Source: a phage
Sequence record: NC_101835.1
Direction: 5' to 3' (one strand)
Length of the DNA: 64,000 nucleotides
The position numbers and the translations under genes were made by a program. The notes below the pieces were generated by a model that searched no databases, was not told where the DNA came from, and saw only the letters and a list, made by a program, of their open reading frames with translations. Of the stretch, positions 19,770 to 29,773 are shown one piece after another. The first letter of the stretch is position 1; each line of letters starts with the position of its first letter.

Positions 19770-20486
19770 TTAGTTAACATCAATAGCACGACCAGACTGG
19801 TTGGCAATAGCCTCATCATTGGAGGTAGCAATAACACCAGAGTATTCGCGCTCATCTGGAGCAAGCGTCCAGGTATTGCGGTTAATGGTTTGTTCTGCCT
19901 CAGTCATCAGCAGATCTTTATCCTGAGTCAACAGAGAGCCTACAGGGATCGGGTTTTCCATCTCAGGGCCAGCATACTGGTTCCACCATGTAGCATCTCC
20001 TGTTCTAGGCAATCTGAAGTTGATCAGATAGTACAGTTTATTAGCCCACTTAATCCAACCCTCATCATCACAGAGAGAGGTTGTCCCAGAATCAGGCTGT
20101 GGGTAGGTGAACTGATCAAGACCTACGAAAGCCAGCCTTACAATCTCGTTCTCTTTGGTAACAACCTCAAAGAACGCTTGGTATGTTCTCGATCTTCGAT
20201 CCATGGTAGACTGGAAGTTTATGATGTTTAGCACATCCGGCTCTTGTCTTGCCACTTCCATGATCTTGTTATCAAGAACAGTCTTCATGACCTTCTTACT
20301 GAGAAAGTCCATATAAGGGAAGCCAAACAACTCGTCAAAGTACCAGCTCCCCTTCCACGTATTAAACCTCATCCACAAGCGCTGGCGCAGACTTACCTGG
20401 TTTGAATCTATCAACTCAAGACCTTTGTCTATCGCCAAATCGCCTGTCTGTGGGTCCATCAATATATCACTATAAAGCGTAGCCAT
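19770..20486 (-). CDS. hypothetical baseplate-region protein
   Basis: 238 aa ORF with GAGGG RBS; no recognisable motif. Confidence 0.35.
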   Translation of the reverse strand: MATLYSDILMDPQTGDLAIDKGLELIDSNQVSLRQRLWMRFNTWKGSWYFDELFGFPYMDFLSKKVMKTVLDNKIMEVARQEPDVLNIINFQSTMDRRSRTYQAFFEVVTKENEIVRLAFVGLDQFTYPQPDSGTTSLCDDEGWIKWANKLYYLINFRLPRTGDATWWNQYAGPEMENPIPVGSLLTQDKDLLMTEAEQTINRNTWTLAPDEREYSGVIATSNDEAIANQSGRAIDVN

Positions 20487-20498
20487 GAAAGCCCTCTA

Positions 20499-21176
20499 TT
20501 AGTGCGGTCCACTTGTCTCGCCATCAGGGCAAGAGTGGGTATGACCTTTATATTCTGCATAGAATGAATCCAAATCCACGCCAGCAGCAGTTATAATTCT
20601 ACCAGATGGGTCTATTGTAGCACCATTCATTCTGATATTCCCATCCACAGCAGCTCGCAAATTGGCAGCCCCGTTAGTGAAAGAAAACTCCCCGCTGCTG
20701 TCGCACCGTAATGTCCCACCAGGTGTTTGAAGCTCAAAATCGCCAGAAGGTGTCAGTTTAAAATAAACCCTATCATTCCATAACTCTACGTTATCAGGAT
20801 CGATCTGTAAGGCGTTTGAGTCTGAATGAACAGAGGTGATTGCCCACCCTGGAAACAGGCCGTGAGTTTGCTGATCGTCGTTATTGTTTTCATTTCTCTC
20901 TGAAAACTGCAATCCTACAACATCTCCAGCCTTAATAGGGAGTGTTAACCTTGCCTTTCCGCTGTTTGCAGACATCACCTGAATTGGAACGTCATAGATA
21001 AGAGGGTATCTCTCCACATCTCCGTCATCAAACGTAGTTTCAGCTATTGGCTGCACGGCTGCAGAAGGTATACTGTAGTCTACACTGACAACTCTGGCCC
21101 TGATACTGGTGTGGTAGTCCCTCATTATTTTTTCTATAAAAGATCTTACAGCAGCATCTTTCCTATTTATTGCCAT
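20499..21176 (-). CDS. baseplate central spike protein (gpV/gp5-like)
   Basis: 225 aa; C-terminal HTHSCPDGETSGPH resembles the HxH metal-binding apex of contractile-tail spike proteins; GAGGAGG RBS. Confidence 0.5.
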   Translation of the reverse strand: MAINRKDAAVRSFIEKIMRDYHTSIRARVVSVDYSIPSAAVQPIAETTFDDGDVERYPLIYDVPIQVMSANSGKARLTLPIKAGDVVGLQFSERNENNNDDQQTHGLFPGWAITSVHSDSNALQIDPDNVELWNDRVYFKLTPSGDFELQTPGGTLRCDSSGEFSFTNGAANLRAAVDGNIRMNGATIDPSGRIITAAGVDLDSFYAEYKGHTHSCPDGETSGPH

Positions 21177-22180
21177 TATACCTCCTCAGTTTTGTCAACA
21201 ACTCCACCCACTGTTTCCCCAAGGCCAAGCTCTGTAGTGTAATCACCACCTTCTATGGTGCCCTTATGATGCACCGTGATCACCTTATAGAAGCCTGTAT
21301 ATTGCTTGCTTTTAAGATAAATAGTGGACTCTGGGAGGATAGCTCCGTTAAGGCATGTGGTTACAGTAAGGCCAACATCCTCTCTCGGGTTTTTCTTTTT
21401 CTTTTTAGATGTCGAACCACCTTTGGCAGCAGCTTTAGCTTTTCGTTTTTTAGCAGGTTCTGGGTTTTTAGGGGTAGGAGATCCGTGCATCCCAGACTCT
21501 GCACTTATTTCAAACACAGAGTCTTTGAACCTTTTTCCAACCTTGGTCCAATACAAAGCCCCATCCTGAACGCTAAATGTTGAGTTGGTCAGCCTTGCAA
21601 ACCTGCGGAGGTTCTCTGCAGTGTTTCCAGAGAAAGCCATAGAGTATTGCAAAGTCTGGTTTCCAAAACCAACAACCCTACCTTTTGGCAAGTTCATATC
21701 CTTCAGTAGGTCATTAAGCACAGAGTTCAGAGGTGTACCTTTCTGATAAGATCTTGTGCTTTGGCACTTAATGATGTTCTCAGTGCCATCCCCAAAGATG
21801 AACTTAGTTTTTCTGGTCGGACCTTCCCACCTGTCTTCAACAAACTCCACAGTTCCGGAGAATATCAACTGGTTCTCATTATCATAGCCAGCTTCAAACA
21901 TAACTGCAAGGGCATCAGCCTGATGCATATCCAGATAGTTAACTGTATCGTCAGACAGGTTGTAAACTGTCACATAACCTTTGTTTGGCTCTTTGGTATT
22001 GTCCTTTTGTATGTCAAACTCTATATTGGCAGCACCAGTGTCTGAGCTAACTTCATAAACTCCGGAATCACTCTCCCCTTTCTTTTCAACAGATTTTGGG
22101 ATATTGGTTTTTGATTTACCGCCATGTTCTACAGGACGACCAAACAATAATCGCCATGTTCTACGTCTGTACTCTGCCAT
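21176..22180 (-). CDS. hypothetical baseplate/tail protein
   Basis: 334 aa; Lys-rich low-complexity segment (KKRKAKAAAKGGSTSKKKKKN); TAATG coupling. Confidence 0.35.
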   Translation of the reverse strand: MAEYRRRTWRLLFGRPVEHGGKSKTNIPKSVEKKGESDSGVYEVSSDTGAANIEFDIQKDNTKEPNKGYVTVYNLSDDTVNYLDMHQADALAVMFEAGYDNENQLIFSGTVEFVEDRWEGPTRKTKFIFGDGTENIIKCQSTRSYQKGTPLNSVLNDLLKDMNLPKGRVVGFGNQTLQYSMAFSGNTAENLRRFARLTNSTFSVQDGALYWTKVGKRFKDSVFEISAESGMHGSPTPKNPEPAKKRKAKAAAKGGSTSKKKKKNPREDVGLTVTTCLNGAILPESTIYLKSKQYTGFYKVITVHHKGTIEGGDYTTELGLGETVGGVVDKTEEV

Positions 22181-22560
22181 TATTCTAACCCTTGCTGTTC
22201 CTTGTAAAGATCAACCGGGGTGCCGTATACAAGTTGTAGCTCAGATCTCGCCCCAAGGTTATATCTTCCAACCCTGCCCCAATATTGATCGTCTTTAAAC
22301 GACAGCGCCATCAATCTACCTTTCGGTAAATCGTCTCTGTAATGCAGTCCGTCTAAAATATCTTGACAAGCTGTTACTTTTCTGGTTACTAAAGGGCTGT
22401 CACCTACCGGACCAAGAGATAACCACCAGGACTCATCCCTCTCATTCCATTGCATACGCATTTCATACGTCTCATTGTCTAAAACAACACGCATGGTTTG
22501 ATCAGGAAAGCCGTCAATGTCCCACACAAAGGTGATTATGCACCAATCTTTAAGTTCCAT
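22180..22560 (-). CDS. hypothetical baseplate/tail protein
   Basis: 126 aa; AAGGGGAG RBS; position after tape measure. Confidence 0.35.
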   Translation of the reverse strand: MELKDWCIITFVWDIDGFPDQTMRVVLDNETYEMRMQWNERDESWWLSLGPVGDSPLVTRKVTACQDILDGLHYRDDLPKGRLMALSFKDDQYWGRVGRYNLGARSELQLVYGTPVDLYKEQQGLE

Positions 22561-22572
22561 TACACGCTCCCC

Positions 22573-23457
22573 TTATTTTCCGTTAACTTTGTTGTAGTTT
22601 CCCTGCTCAGATGGGACTATGGTAGAAGGTCTTCCATATTCCTGATAATACCAATCCGCAGCAGATTGAGTAACACCGTTTTCATCCGTCCACATCATAG
22701 ATTTGTAGGGCTGCCACTCTTCTGCGGCATTTGTGGATGCAGTGTCTGCAAATGCCCCTGTGTCCCTCTTGTTACCTACGTTACTGCCATTCTTACAGTC
22801 GTTGACAGCACCTTTTTGCTGGGTCTTGCCTACTTTCTTAGGGTTGCTGTATACAGTTGCATTAACAACCTTGTTCAAGTAGAATGTGCGGAACTCTGTA
22901 AGTTCTACATCAAACACCATCGCAGCACCTTCACCAACAGACTTGTTGGCAGAAAGGCTGGTTATAATGTAGTTCTCAAGGAGTCTCTCCTCGGTAACCA
23001 AAGAAACCAACTGGCGCTTATTAATGATCTCAGTCAAAGCCTCCAGTGCAGCGCCTGGTCGCATAGACGCTGCAGGGTTTTTAGAGTCAGTATTCCTGTC
23101 AATGTAGTTTTGCTCATAGATTATATGTGGTGATGTATTTACCCTACCAGTAAAAGAAAATACACCATCTTTAATTACAGCGTGGTCTGACAGGGTAGAT
23201 TTATCTTCCACCGCAAACCCAGTCTTATCAACAGAATGTTTGAAAGAGTAATTCTCAACCTGATCGAAGATGATGGCAAGATCGTTAGTAAAGTTTTTAC
23301 CCTTCATCTCCGTATTGCGACCACCATAGTTAAGACCGCTGACAAACATAGTGTACTTTACATCGCTTTCAGTTTGCTGTTCTGCCTTTTCAGCCTTTGG
23401 AGATTTAACCTCTTGAGGCTTGTACAGGTCTTTTTCATCAACTATATTGCTTGGCAT
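22573..23457 (-). CDS. hypothetical tail protein
   Basis: Track ORF trimmed to internal ATG (MPSNIVDEKD...) that has a GGAGAGG RBS; first ATG has none. Confidence 0.35.
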   Translation of the reverse strand: MPSNIVDEKDLYKPQEVKSPKAEKAEQQTESDVKYTMFVSGLNYGGRNTEMKGKNFTNDLAIIFDQVENYSFKHSVDKTGFAVEDKSTLSDHAVIKDGVFSFTGRVNTSPHIIYEQNYIDRNTDSKNPAASMRPGAALEALTEIINKRQLVSLVTEERLLENYIITSLSANKSVGEGAAMVFDVELTEFRTFYLNKVVNATVYSNPKKVGKTQQKGAVNDCKNGSNVGNKRDTGAFADTASTNAAEEWQPYKSMMWTDENGVTQSAADWYYQEYGRPSTIVPSEQGNYNKVNGK

Positions 23458-23520
23458 AACCTCTCCAGGACACTCCGATACCATCTAGATATTGTATCAT
23501 AAAATAGCCGTTTTTACAAC

Positions 23521-23548
23521 ACCGATAAAATAAAGGGGGCCGGAGCCC
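23521..23548 (-). terminator. rho-independent terminator
   Basis: GGGGGCTCCGGCCCCC hairpin followed on the minus strand by TTTATTTTAT, immediately after the tape measure stop. Confidence 0.55.
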
Positions 23549-23561
23549 CCTGCACAGTTTA

Positions 23562-25898
23562 TTACCAAAGGTCGGTAGACATGAAGTTGATATCTTTATT
23601 GTTCTCCCACTCAAGTTTTGCATCAAATATTTTGTTAAACTCACCCTCATCTATTGAAATCGTGATTTTCCCATCACTGATCTCTAAAGGTAGCATTTCC
23701 ATAGTTCTTAATTGAGAAGCAAAACCAGGGCCACCTGGCAACGGAAGAGTCCCGCCCGGTAAGGTGTCCAAAGGATTAACAAATCCGTTACCTCCCGATA
23801 TGATATCTTTGCGAATCATATCGCTGATAGTATCCAGCTGCTGATTTCTTTCACTTAGTGGGTTGTAACGGTCATTAAATAATTCCCCGGCGCTTAGTAT
23901 TGTACCGATAATACCTAGCTTACCGAGCAGACCAACTTTGCCACCAGGTGTCTTGAGGCCACCTCCCCCTTTTCCTGCCGGAGCGCCACCACCAGATCCT
24001 TCTGTAGTAGCGGCACCTGCTACTCCAGCTGCACCCCTTAGAGAGCTAAGGAATTTAAAGGTTTTTACAAGCATAGATGCCATGACAAAACCTTTTGTTA
24101 GGGCGTTGACGACTAGCATGATGGCAGCAGCAAACCCTGCCCATTTAGCATAGCTAAAGGTGTCATGAAGCTCTTCAGAATATTCCTTCGTCTTAGCTGT
24201 TATGAACCCCCATTTAATCCCCCATTCAAGGAAAAACATGCGGATCTTGACTATAGTGTTGTTCAGTTCACCAACTACCCAGTTAAGGCCTCTCACAAAC
24301 CCGCTAACAAAATCACCAGAGGCATCCCACACAAATTGCAGAGTCTCACCAGTGCGGATTAGTGTATAATAGAACTCTGTTAGTTCGTCAGACCAACGGG
24401 TGAACAGTTTCTGACGAGTCAGTTCGATGAAGGTTTTCAGTCTGTTTTCTGCCAGCACGTTAGACTTCTGCATTCTTTCATAACCAGCTGCAGATGCCTC
24501 GTTCATGTACTTAGCCACATACTTCATGATCTTGGCTGTTTTAACCTCACCTTTCTTCATCATGTCCATGAACTGATCCATGGAGAGTTCAGAAAGACCA
24601 AAAGCCTCTTTGGTGGCCTTGATAAAAGGTTCGTATGCACCAGGCAATGCTTCAGCAAGTTGTTGCTTCAGTTCTTCGGACATTACTTGCCCTTTACCAA
24701 GCATTTGCTGGATTGCCATAATACCGCGCTGGTATTTTACCTCATCGGCACCATAAGCAGCAGCATACTGGGAGTATGCAGAAAACAGCTCATGCACTTC
24801 CTGATTTGTCATCTGGTTTTTGGCGTTTACCGACATCTGGGCGTAACCTTGAAGACCAGATTTGAGATCAAAACCAAGACGCATAGCCTCTTGCTGGACA
24901 AACGCAACCTCACTGTTGGCTTTGTTTGGATCTCCAGTAACAGCAGTAAGAGCAGCACTTGCCCCCTCCATCATGTGACCGGATCTGTTAACCGCAGCAA
25001 ATCCAGAAAAAGCTGTATACGCAGCTGTTGCATTAATAACAGATCTACGTAAGTCTCTCATGGCATCGCCTAGTGTAAGCGTTTGGCTGGTTGCGCTTTT
25101 AAACCCAGACTGCAGCGCTGACAGGTGGGCGTTAAAGGTTGACTTCTTCATCTCCCCGCGAGCAAACCTGGACTCTAACTCTGAGTATCCTGGCAAGCTT
25201 CCACGGAATCCGGCCCCATACTTGGCAGAAAGTCTTATCGCGGAGTTGTAAAGGTGGGTTCTCCTTGCCTCACGATCCGACATAAGTCTATTATCCATAC
25301 CAGCTTTACTGTCTCTTCTTAGCTGTCTATGATAACGATTCATAGCAGCTGTCTGAGCTTTCACAAGGTTAGGGTCGGAAGCCACACCACCCATGTTAGG
25401 GTTACCGGGGATATATTTGAAAGATTTGGCATTAGCCAAAACTCTTGCCTTAGGTGCCTTATAACCACCGTAAGACACTGGTGCAGATTTGGCAGCCTTT
25501 TTGGCCTCTTTGGCTTGCTGCTGGTAGAACTTACGCATCCTAGCCATTTCTGGATTTTTAGCGGTAAGATTACCTACAGCTTGTTTACGTCTCGCATTCT
25601 CCCTACGTTCTATTGCAGCCCTTACTGCAGCCTCTTTCTTGGCCTGTGCTACGCTCTCTCTGTGCAGTTTAGCATTTGCCTGAGATTGCTGTCTGGCAAC
25701 CCTCTGCATTGTCTGCTGGGTTTTAACAGCTACCGCCTGCCATCTACTCATGGGGTTGGCTGAGTTAAAATCCTCACCCAGTTTCCTGAACTCCCTCCCA
25801 ATACTGCGAATTTTCTCTACAGCTTTTTTGTAGGAGGAGTTCTCTATCTCAAAGCCAATCTTGTTGACTGTTGTGGCAACTATTTTGTTTGTAGCCAT
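23562..25898 (-). CDS. tail tape measure protein
   Basis: 778 aa; long helical Ala/Gln/Lys-rich N-terminal half, Gly-rich C-terminal segment; lies directly after the chaperone pair and tube/sheath genes. Confidence 0.7.
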   Translation of the reverse strand: MATNKIVATTVNKIGFEIENSSYKKAVEKIRSIGREFRKLGEDFNSANPMSRWQAVAVKTQQTMQRVARQQSQANAKLHRESVAQAKKEAAVRAAIERRENARRKQAVGNLTAKNPEMARMRKFYQQQAKEAKKAAKSAPVSYGGYKAPKARVLANAKSFKYIPGNPNMGGVASDPNLVKAQTAAMNRYHRQLRRDSKAGMDNRLMSDREARRTHLYNSAIRLSAKYGAGFRGSLPGYSELESRFARGEMKKSTFNAHLSALQSGFKSATSQTLTLGDAMRDLRRSVINATAAYTAFSGFAAVNRSGHMMEGASAALTAVTGDPNKANSEVAFVQQEAMRLGFDLKSGLQGYAQMSVNAKNQMTNQEVHELFSAYSQYAAAYGADEVKYQRGIMAIQQMLGKGQVMSEELKQQLAEALPGAYEPFIKATKEAFGLSELSMDQFMDMMKKGEVKTAKIMKYVAKYMNEASAAGYERMQKSNVLAENRLKTFIELTRQKLFTRWSDELTEFYYTLIRTGETLQFVWDASGDFVSGFVRGLNWVVGELNNTIVKIRMFFLEWGIKWGFITAKTKEYSEELHDTFSYAKWAGFAAAIMLVVNALTKGFVMASMLVKTFKFLSSLRGAAGVAGAATTEGSGGGAPAGKGGGGLKTPGGKVGLLGKLGIIGTILSAGELFNDRYNPLSERNQQLDTISDMIRKDIISGGNGFVNPLDTLPGGTLPLPGGPGFASQLRTMEMLPLEISDGKITISIDEGEFNKIFDAKLEWENNKDINFMSTDLW

Positions 25899-25952
25899 GG
25901 TTTCCTCATAATAAAAAGGGCCAGATCCCAGAAAAGGAATCCGGCCCTTAGA

Positions 25953-26201
25953 TTATCCTCTCCTGCGCTTAGCTTTCGCAGCAGCTGCGGCAGCCTTCTG
26001 CTCCCGCTCCATTTCCCTGTTTTGGACGGTATCTAGGAATTCTTCGATATCAAGATACTCACAGAGCTTCAGGAAATACGCCATATCTGCAAGATTTAGC
26101 GATTCAAAATTTTCCCCTTTGAAATTCTTGAGCACCCTGCACCAAAGAAAGTCGAACCAGTTGAGTGAACTGTTCTTGGCTGCCCACTCACTGGCCCTCA
26201 C
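25953..26201 (-). CDS. tail assembly chaperone, downstream (T-like) segment, probably expressed as a -1 frameshift fusion
   Basis: 82 aa ORF with GTG start; its frame is open upstream through the end of 26213-26686 back to the slippery site. Confidence 0.55.
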   Translation of the reverse strand: MRASEWAAKNSSLNWFDFLWCRVLKNFKGENFESLNLADMAYFLKLCEYLDIEEFLDTVQNREMEREQKAAAAAAKAKRRRG

Positions 26202-26212
26202 AACAACCTTGC

Positions 26213-26686
26213 TTATTCCTGCTCTTCCGGAGTCTGATCCAGGTTGTTCACCTGCTGAATCATACCCATCTGCTGCAACATCTCCAGAAGGCTTCCTAAA
26301 CCGTCTTGTGTGAAAAAACAGCCGTAGTTAACCTCCAGAACCTTACCTGCCAGCTTAATCATCTCCAGCAGATGTCCTGCAAACACAACATCTGGGTTAA
26401 GCCTATCCACACCATCTACGGTAATATCTTCGAACAAAATTTTAAATAACTCTTCAATAGAGTTATCATCAAGTTCTTGGAACAGGTAAGCCAGAGCAGT
26501 AGGAAGGACCTCTGCCATGTTCTGGCCGCCTGAGATAATAGATCCACCGATAGCACCTAGCGGGACAGCCACAATCTTACCGATTTTAGGCATGTTTTTC
26601 ATTGCTTTCATCGGTCCCCAGTGGGTGATCACAAAGTTGTGCCCTGCTAAATCAATCTCTGTTGTAGGTCTAAAGTTTATAGCCAT
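26213..26686 (-). CDS. tail assembly chaperone (G-like)
   Basis: 157 aa between tail tube and tape measure genes; contains slippery heptamer near its 3' end. Confidence 0.6.
   Translation of the reverse strand: MAINFRPTTEIDLAGHNFVITHWGPMKAMKNMPKIGKIVAVPLGAIGGSIISGGQNMAEVLPTALAYLFQELDDNSIEELFKILFEDITVDGVDRLNPDVVFAGHLLEMIKLAGKVLEVNYGCFFTQDGLGSLLEMLQQMGMIQQVNNLDQTPEEQE
26312..26318 (-). other. candidate -1 programmed ribosomal frameshift site T_TTT_TTC
   Basis: Zero-frame reads GGC TGT TTT TTC ACA (GCFFT); -1 frame continues HTRRFRKPSGDVAADGYDSAGEQPGSDSGRAGISKVVVRASEW... with no stop into ORF 25953-26201. Confidence 0.55.
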
Positions 26687-26800
26687 TTTATAGCATCCTT
26701 ATTAGTCATGTTGTGCACCATATTTGTGTATTTTACCATGATTATGGTGCATTGTCAATTTAACCTTTCAAGCAATTCAAGAACGTGTGTCAAAACCATA

Positions 26801-26830
26801 AAAGCAAAAAGCCCCACCCGAAGGTGAGGC
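26801..26830 (-). terminator. rho-independent terminator
   Basis: AGCCTCACC-TTCG-GGTGGGGCT hairpin followed on the minus strand by TTTTTGC, downstream of the tail tube gene. Confidence 0.55.
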
Positions 26831-26848
26831 TTATGCTAAAGTGTGCCC

Positions 26849-27322
26849 TTAGATAATACCTGCAAGACCTGCGAGGCCAGTAAGAGCACCAGTGATGTTA
26901 TCACGGTTGAGCCATGCATCCAGAATACCGATATCCCAGTCCAGTTGACCTACTTCGGTTCCGTAAGTCAGGTCAGGCTGTTTCTGGATCCAACCGATTG
27001 TGGAAATACCAGGGCCCTGGCTACCTTCCAGCAGAACCGGGAAGAATACCAGGCCAGTAATCGATGCCTGTTTCTGCCAGTCAGAAAGGTAAGCGTTCCA
27101 TACAGAAGTGTTCTGCAAAGATACAGTCATAACACCAGATTGGTTACGAGACAGGGCCGCAGACATTTCGCCATCCACACCAACGTGAGGGTAGATGTTA
27201 TCTTCATTTCTTGAAACAACGATCTTGGTGTCAGCAGCGAAGCCAGTGACACGCTGCTGCATCAGGTACAGTTTGACCTTTTTAGGGTCATAAGCATAAG
27301 GAGTTAAAATTTGAGTTTCCAT
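26849..27322 (-). CDS. tail tube protein (contractile-tail type)
   Basis: 157 aa; GQLDWD segment resembles the T4 gp19-family tube motif (LQLDWD, from memory); follows the sheath gene; AAGGAAG RBS. Confidence 0.55.
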   Translation of the reverse strand: METQILTPYAYDPKKVKLYLMQQRVTGFAADTKIVVSRNEDNIYPHVGVDGEMSAALSRNQSGVMTVSLQNTSVWNAYLSDWQKQASITGLVFFPVLLEGSQGPGISTIGWIQKQPDLTYGTEVGQLDWDIGILDAWLNRDNITGALTGLAGLAGII

Positions 27323-27332
27323 CTAGTCTTCC

Positions 27333-28709
27333 TTATTCAGTCATTGCAACAGCATTGGTGGATTTAGAACCAACTTTGTCCAGAAGGACGTTGATCCGGA
27401 TACGAACGAAGTGCAGGGCGTTGTTATACACCAGTTCTACTTTCACACCTTCCAGAACACGAGCAGCCAACTGATTGGTTGGGATCTCTGCACGTTTAGG
27501 AACTGTGATGATCGGGTCGTAGAACACATTGTTGTCTTCGTCAAAACCTGTCAGGATCGCGCCATTCTTAATGCCAGTATTGATCGGGTTGTTCATCAGA
27601 ACAGACTTGATAACCGGAAGATCATCATCAGACATCTTCATGCTTAAACCCATATTGGAGCGACGATGCATGTACCCAAACATGGACTCTTCAGATCTGA
27701 ACTTGATCCAGTGTGCAAAACGAATAGCGTCTGCATACTGACCTGAAGCGCACTTGCCTTCCCAGAAAGCACCAACACCGTTAATCATTCTGTAGAAGTT
27801 AACGTGGTTTTCCCAAATCGCCATACGCTGAGTTAAAGTCAGAGATGGTGCAATCACACCCGGCATCTGTTTTAAGTGCAAGCTGTCACCGTAAGACGGA
27901 TCGTTGGATGCCATAGCACCTATGATACCACCCTCCGGGAAGTCCTTATCTGCACGAGGATCGTACATGCCGACACTGTCATATTGTGCAGCTTTCAGTT
28001 TGGTGGCGATGTTATTATCTTTACCAGTCACATCTTCTGCAGTAGAGTAGACATGAAGCTTGTAGTTAGCCTGAGCCCACTTAGCACATGCTTCAATGTC
28101 GGTGTGGTCTTCATGGCACAGGAAGTACCAATTGTCACGCTCAGCATTGATCTTATCAACTACTGTAGAAGGTTTTTCAGCATTGGCGATATTTTTGATT
28201 GTATAGTTACCAGTATGGTAACCAACAGTACAGTCACCAGTGATGGTGAGAACACCTTCAGAAGCCTCTACAGTGATATCGTTCAAGCTATCATCTGCTT
28301 CAATTTTAGTCTTCATTGACTCTGCAATCTGAGTTGCACCTGTTCCACCAGAGATAGGCACTATCAGAGAAGTATTGTAGCTACCTTTTGCAATAGTCAT
28401 TACGACATCGGTATCAGCTGCGGCAGCAATACCTTTAAAATCTACAGTTGTCTTTTCTTTGGCCTGTCTGCCGATCATAACGTATTGTGGAGGGAATACA
28501 CCACCAAAAGCTTTTGCTGCAAACTCATACGCTGCAGAGCCTTGTGCGAAACCATCTTCCACCATCTGATCCAGCTCTGCATATACGCGAGCTCGCTCAG
28601 TGAAGTTGTTGTGGATAGCGATGAACAGGGGAGTTTCGAAACCTACAGTGTCAATAGGCTGGGTTCCGAGGTTAACTGTAACATCTACCACTTTATCTAA
28701 ATATGGCAT
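27333..28709 (-). CDS. tail sheath protein
   Basis: 458 aa; size and position (before tube, chaperones, tape measure) typical of sheath; AAGAGGAAA RBS. A large siphovirus major tail protein is not excluded. Confidence 0.5.
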   Translation of the reverse strand: MPYLDKVVDVTVNLGTQPIDTVGFETPLFIAIHNNFTERARVYAELDQMVEDGFAQGSAAYEFAAKAFGGVFPPQYVMIGRQAKEKTTVDFKGIAAAADTDVVMTIAKGSYNTSLIVPISGGTGATQIAESMKTKIEADDSLNDITVEASEGVLTITGDCTVGYHTGNYTIKNIANAEKPSTVVDKINAERDNWYFLCHEDHTDIEACAKWAQANYKLHVYSTAEDVTGKDNNIATKLKAAQYDSVGMYDPRADKDFPEGGIIGAMASNDPSYGDSLHLKQMPGVIAPSLTLTQRMAIWENHVNFYRMINGVGAFWEGKCASGQYADAIRFAHWIKFRSEESMFGYMHRRSNMGLSMKMSDDDLPVIKSVLMNNPINTGIKNGAILTGFDEDNNVFYDPIITVPKRAEIPTNQLAARVLEGVKVELVYNNALHFVRIRINVLLDKVGSKSTNAVAMTE

Positions 28710-28781
28710 TTGTTTCCTCTTAATATCTGTGCACGGATATCAAACACGCAGTGTAATCATTACACTACACAATTATAACGA

Positions 28782-29333
28782 TTACTGACCACTGTCTGTA
28801 ACCGCTTTACCAGAATTGGGTGAAGGGAAGTGTGTGGTTATTTCAGCCTTAATTCCCTGAAGATCCTCAAAAGCCCCAATGTCTGTTTCAACAAACCTTA
28901 CGTTAAATGTCAGCATCACAGTGGCTCTATTTTCATACGTCTGCTTATTCAACGGCACTCTTTGAGGTGAGATTGTTGAATTGTTAGAGTAGGCAAAGCA
29001 CGATCCCAGAGGGAAATACTTGTCATAAAACATTGGAAGGTTTATTGCTTGCAATACTCTGCTAAGTGCAGCATATGCCCTGCCACGATAAGCTGTTAAC
29101 AGATAAGTAACAGTGTAACTGTGGGTGACGTAAGCATTACCCTCCGCATCTTGAAACTCATTATCTTCCCAAGTGGTGGGATTGATCGCCAAGGTTTGTA
29201 AAAGTACAAACTCACCTTCCGGCTTCGGTATGGTAGAGCTTTCTGCCAGAACTACAGTTCTTCCTGTGGCAACCTTGACGAGCTTAGCAATGGTTGTTTC
29301 AAGATCAGAAAAAACTTTTTCGAAAGCTTCCAT
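28782..29333 (-). CDS. hypothetical head-tail joining/tail completion protein
   Basis: 183 aa ORF between capsid and sheath genes. Confidence 0.3.
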   Translation of the reverse strand: MEAFEKVFSDLETTIAKLVKVATGRTVVLAESSTIPKPEGEFVLLQTLAINPTTWEDNEFQDAEGNAYVTHSYTVTYLLTAYRGRAYAALSRVLQAINLPMFYDKYFPLGSCFAYSNNSTISPQRVPLNKQTYENRATVMLTFNVRFVETDIGAFEDLQGIKAEITTHFPSPNSGKAVTDSGQ

Positions 29334-29758
29334 CAGTTTTCTCCTTCAGGCTCTTCTACCACAAAAAATCTATATCTCCCACCACCAGAGGTAACATATG
29401 CATCGCATTTTAAAACAGTAAACCATTTCAAGTCACCACGGATGTCAGGAAGTTGAATTTGATCAGCCATTGCATATGTTCCTTCATCCGGACTATACAA
29501 CTTGGTTGAGGAGTAGACTGTAAAAGCCTCGTACTGTCTGTCACCTTCAGGGTTTATTTGAGATGAGTAATCTTTAGCCGCCCTTCCTGTCAACGGCTGC
29601 ACAACACACTCTAAGACATCAAACTCTTCATACTCAAGTTCTAACCCCTCGTTGGCAAAAGGGCCACCAACTGTTTTGTTATACACTCTGTGGCGACCTT
29701 TGAATGTTTTACGAGGTATTAGTCTGTTCTTTCCTATCAGCTTATAACCTGCTGCCAC
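29333..29758 (-). CDS. hypothetical head-tail joining protein
   Basis: 141 aa ORF; overlapping start/stop coupling with neighbours. Confidence 0.3.
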   Translation of the reverse strand: MAAGYKLIGKNRLIPRKTFKGRHRVYNKTVGGPFANEGLELEYEEFDVLECVVQPLTGRAAKDYSSQINPEGDRQYEAFTVYSSTKLYSPDEGTYAMADQIQLPDIRGDLKWFTVLKCDAYVTSGGGRYRFFVVEEPEGEN

Positions 29759-29773
29759 TCAACCCCCTTATTT

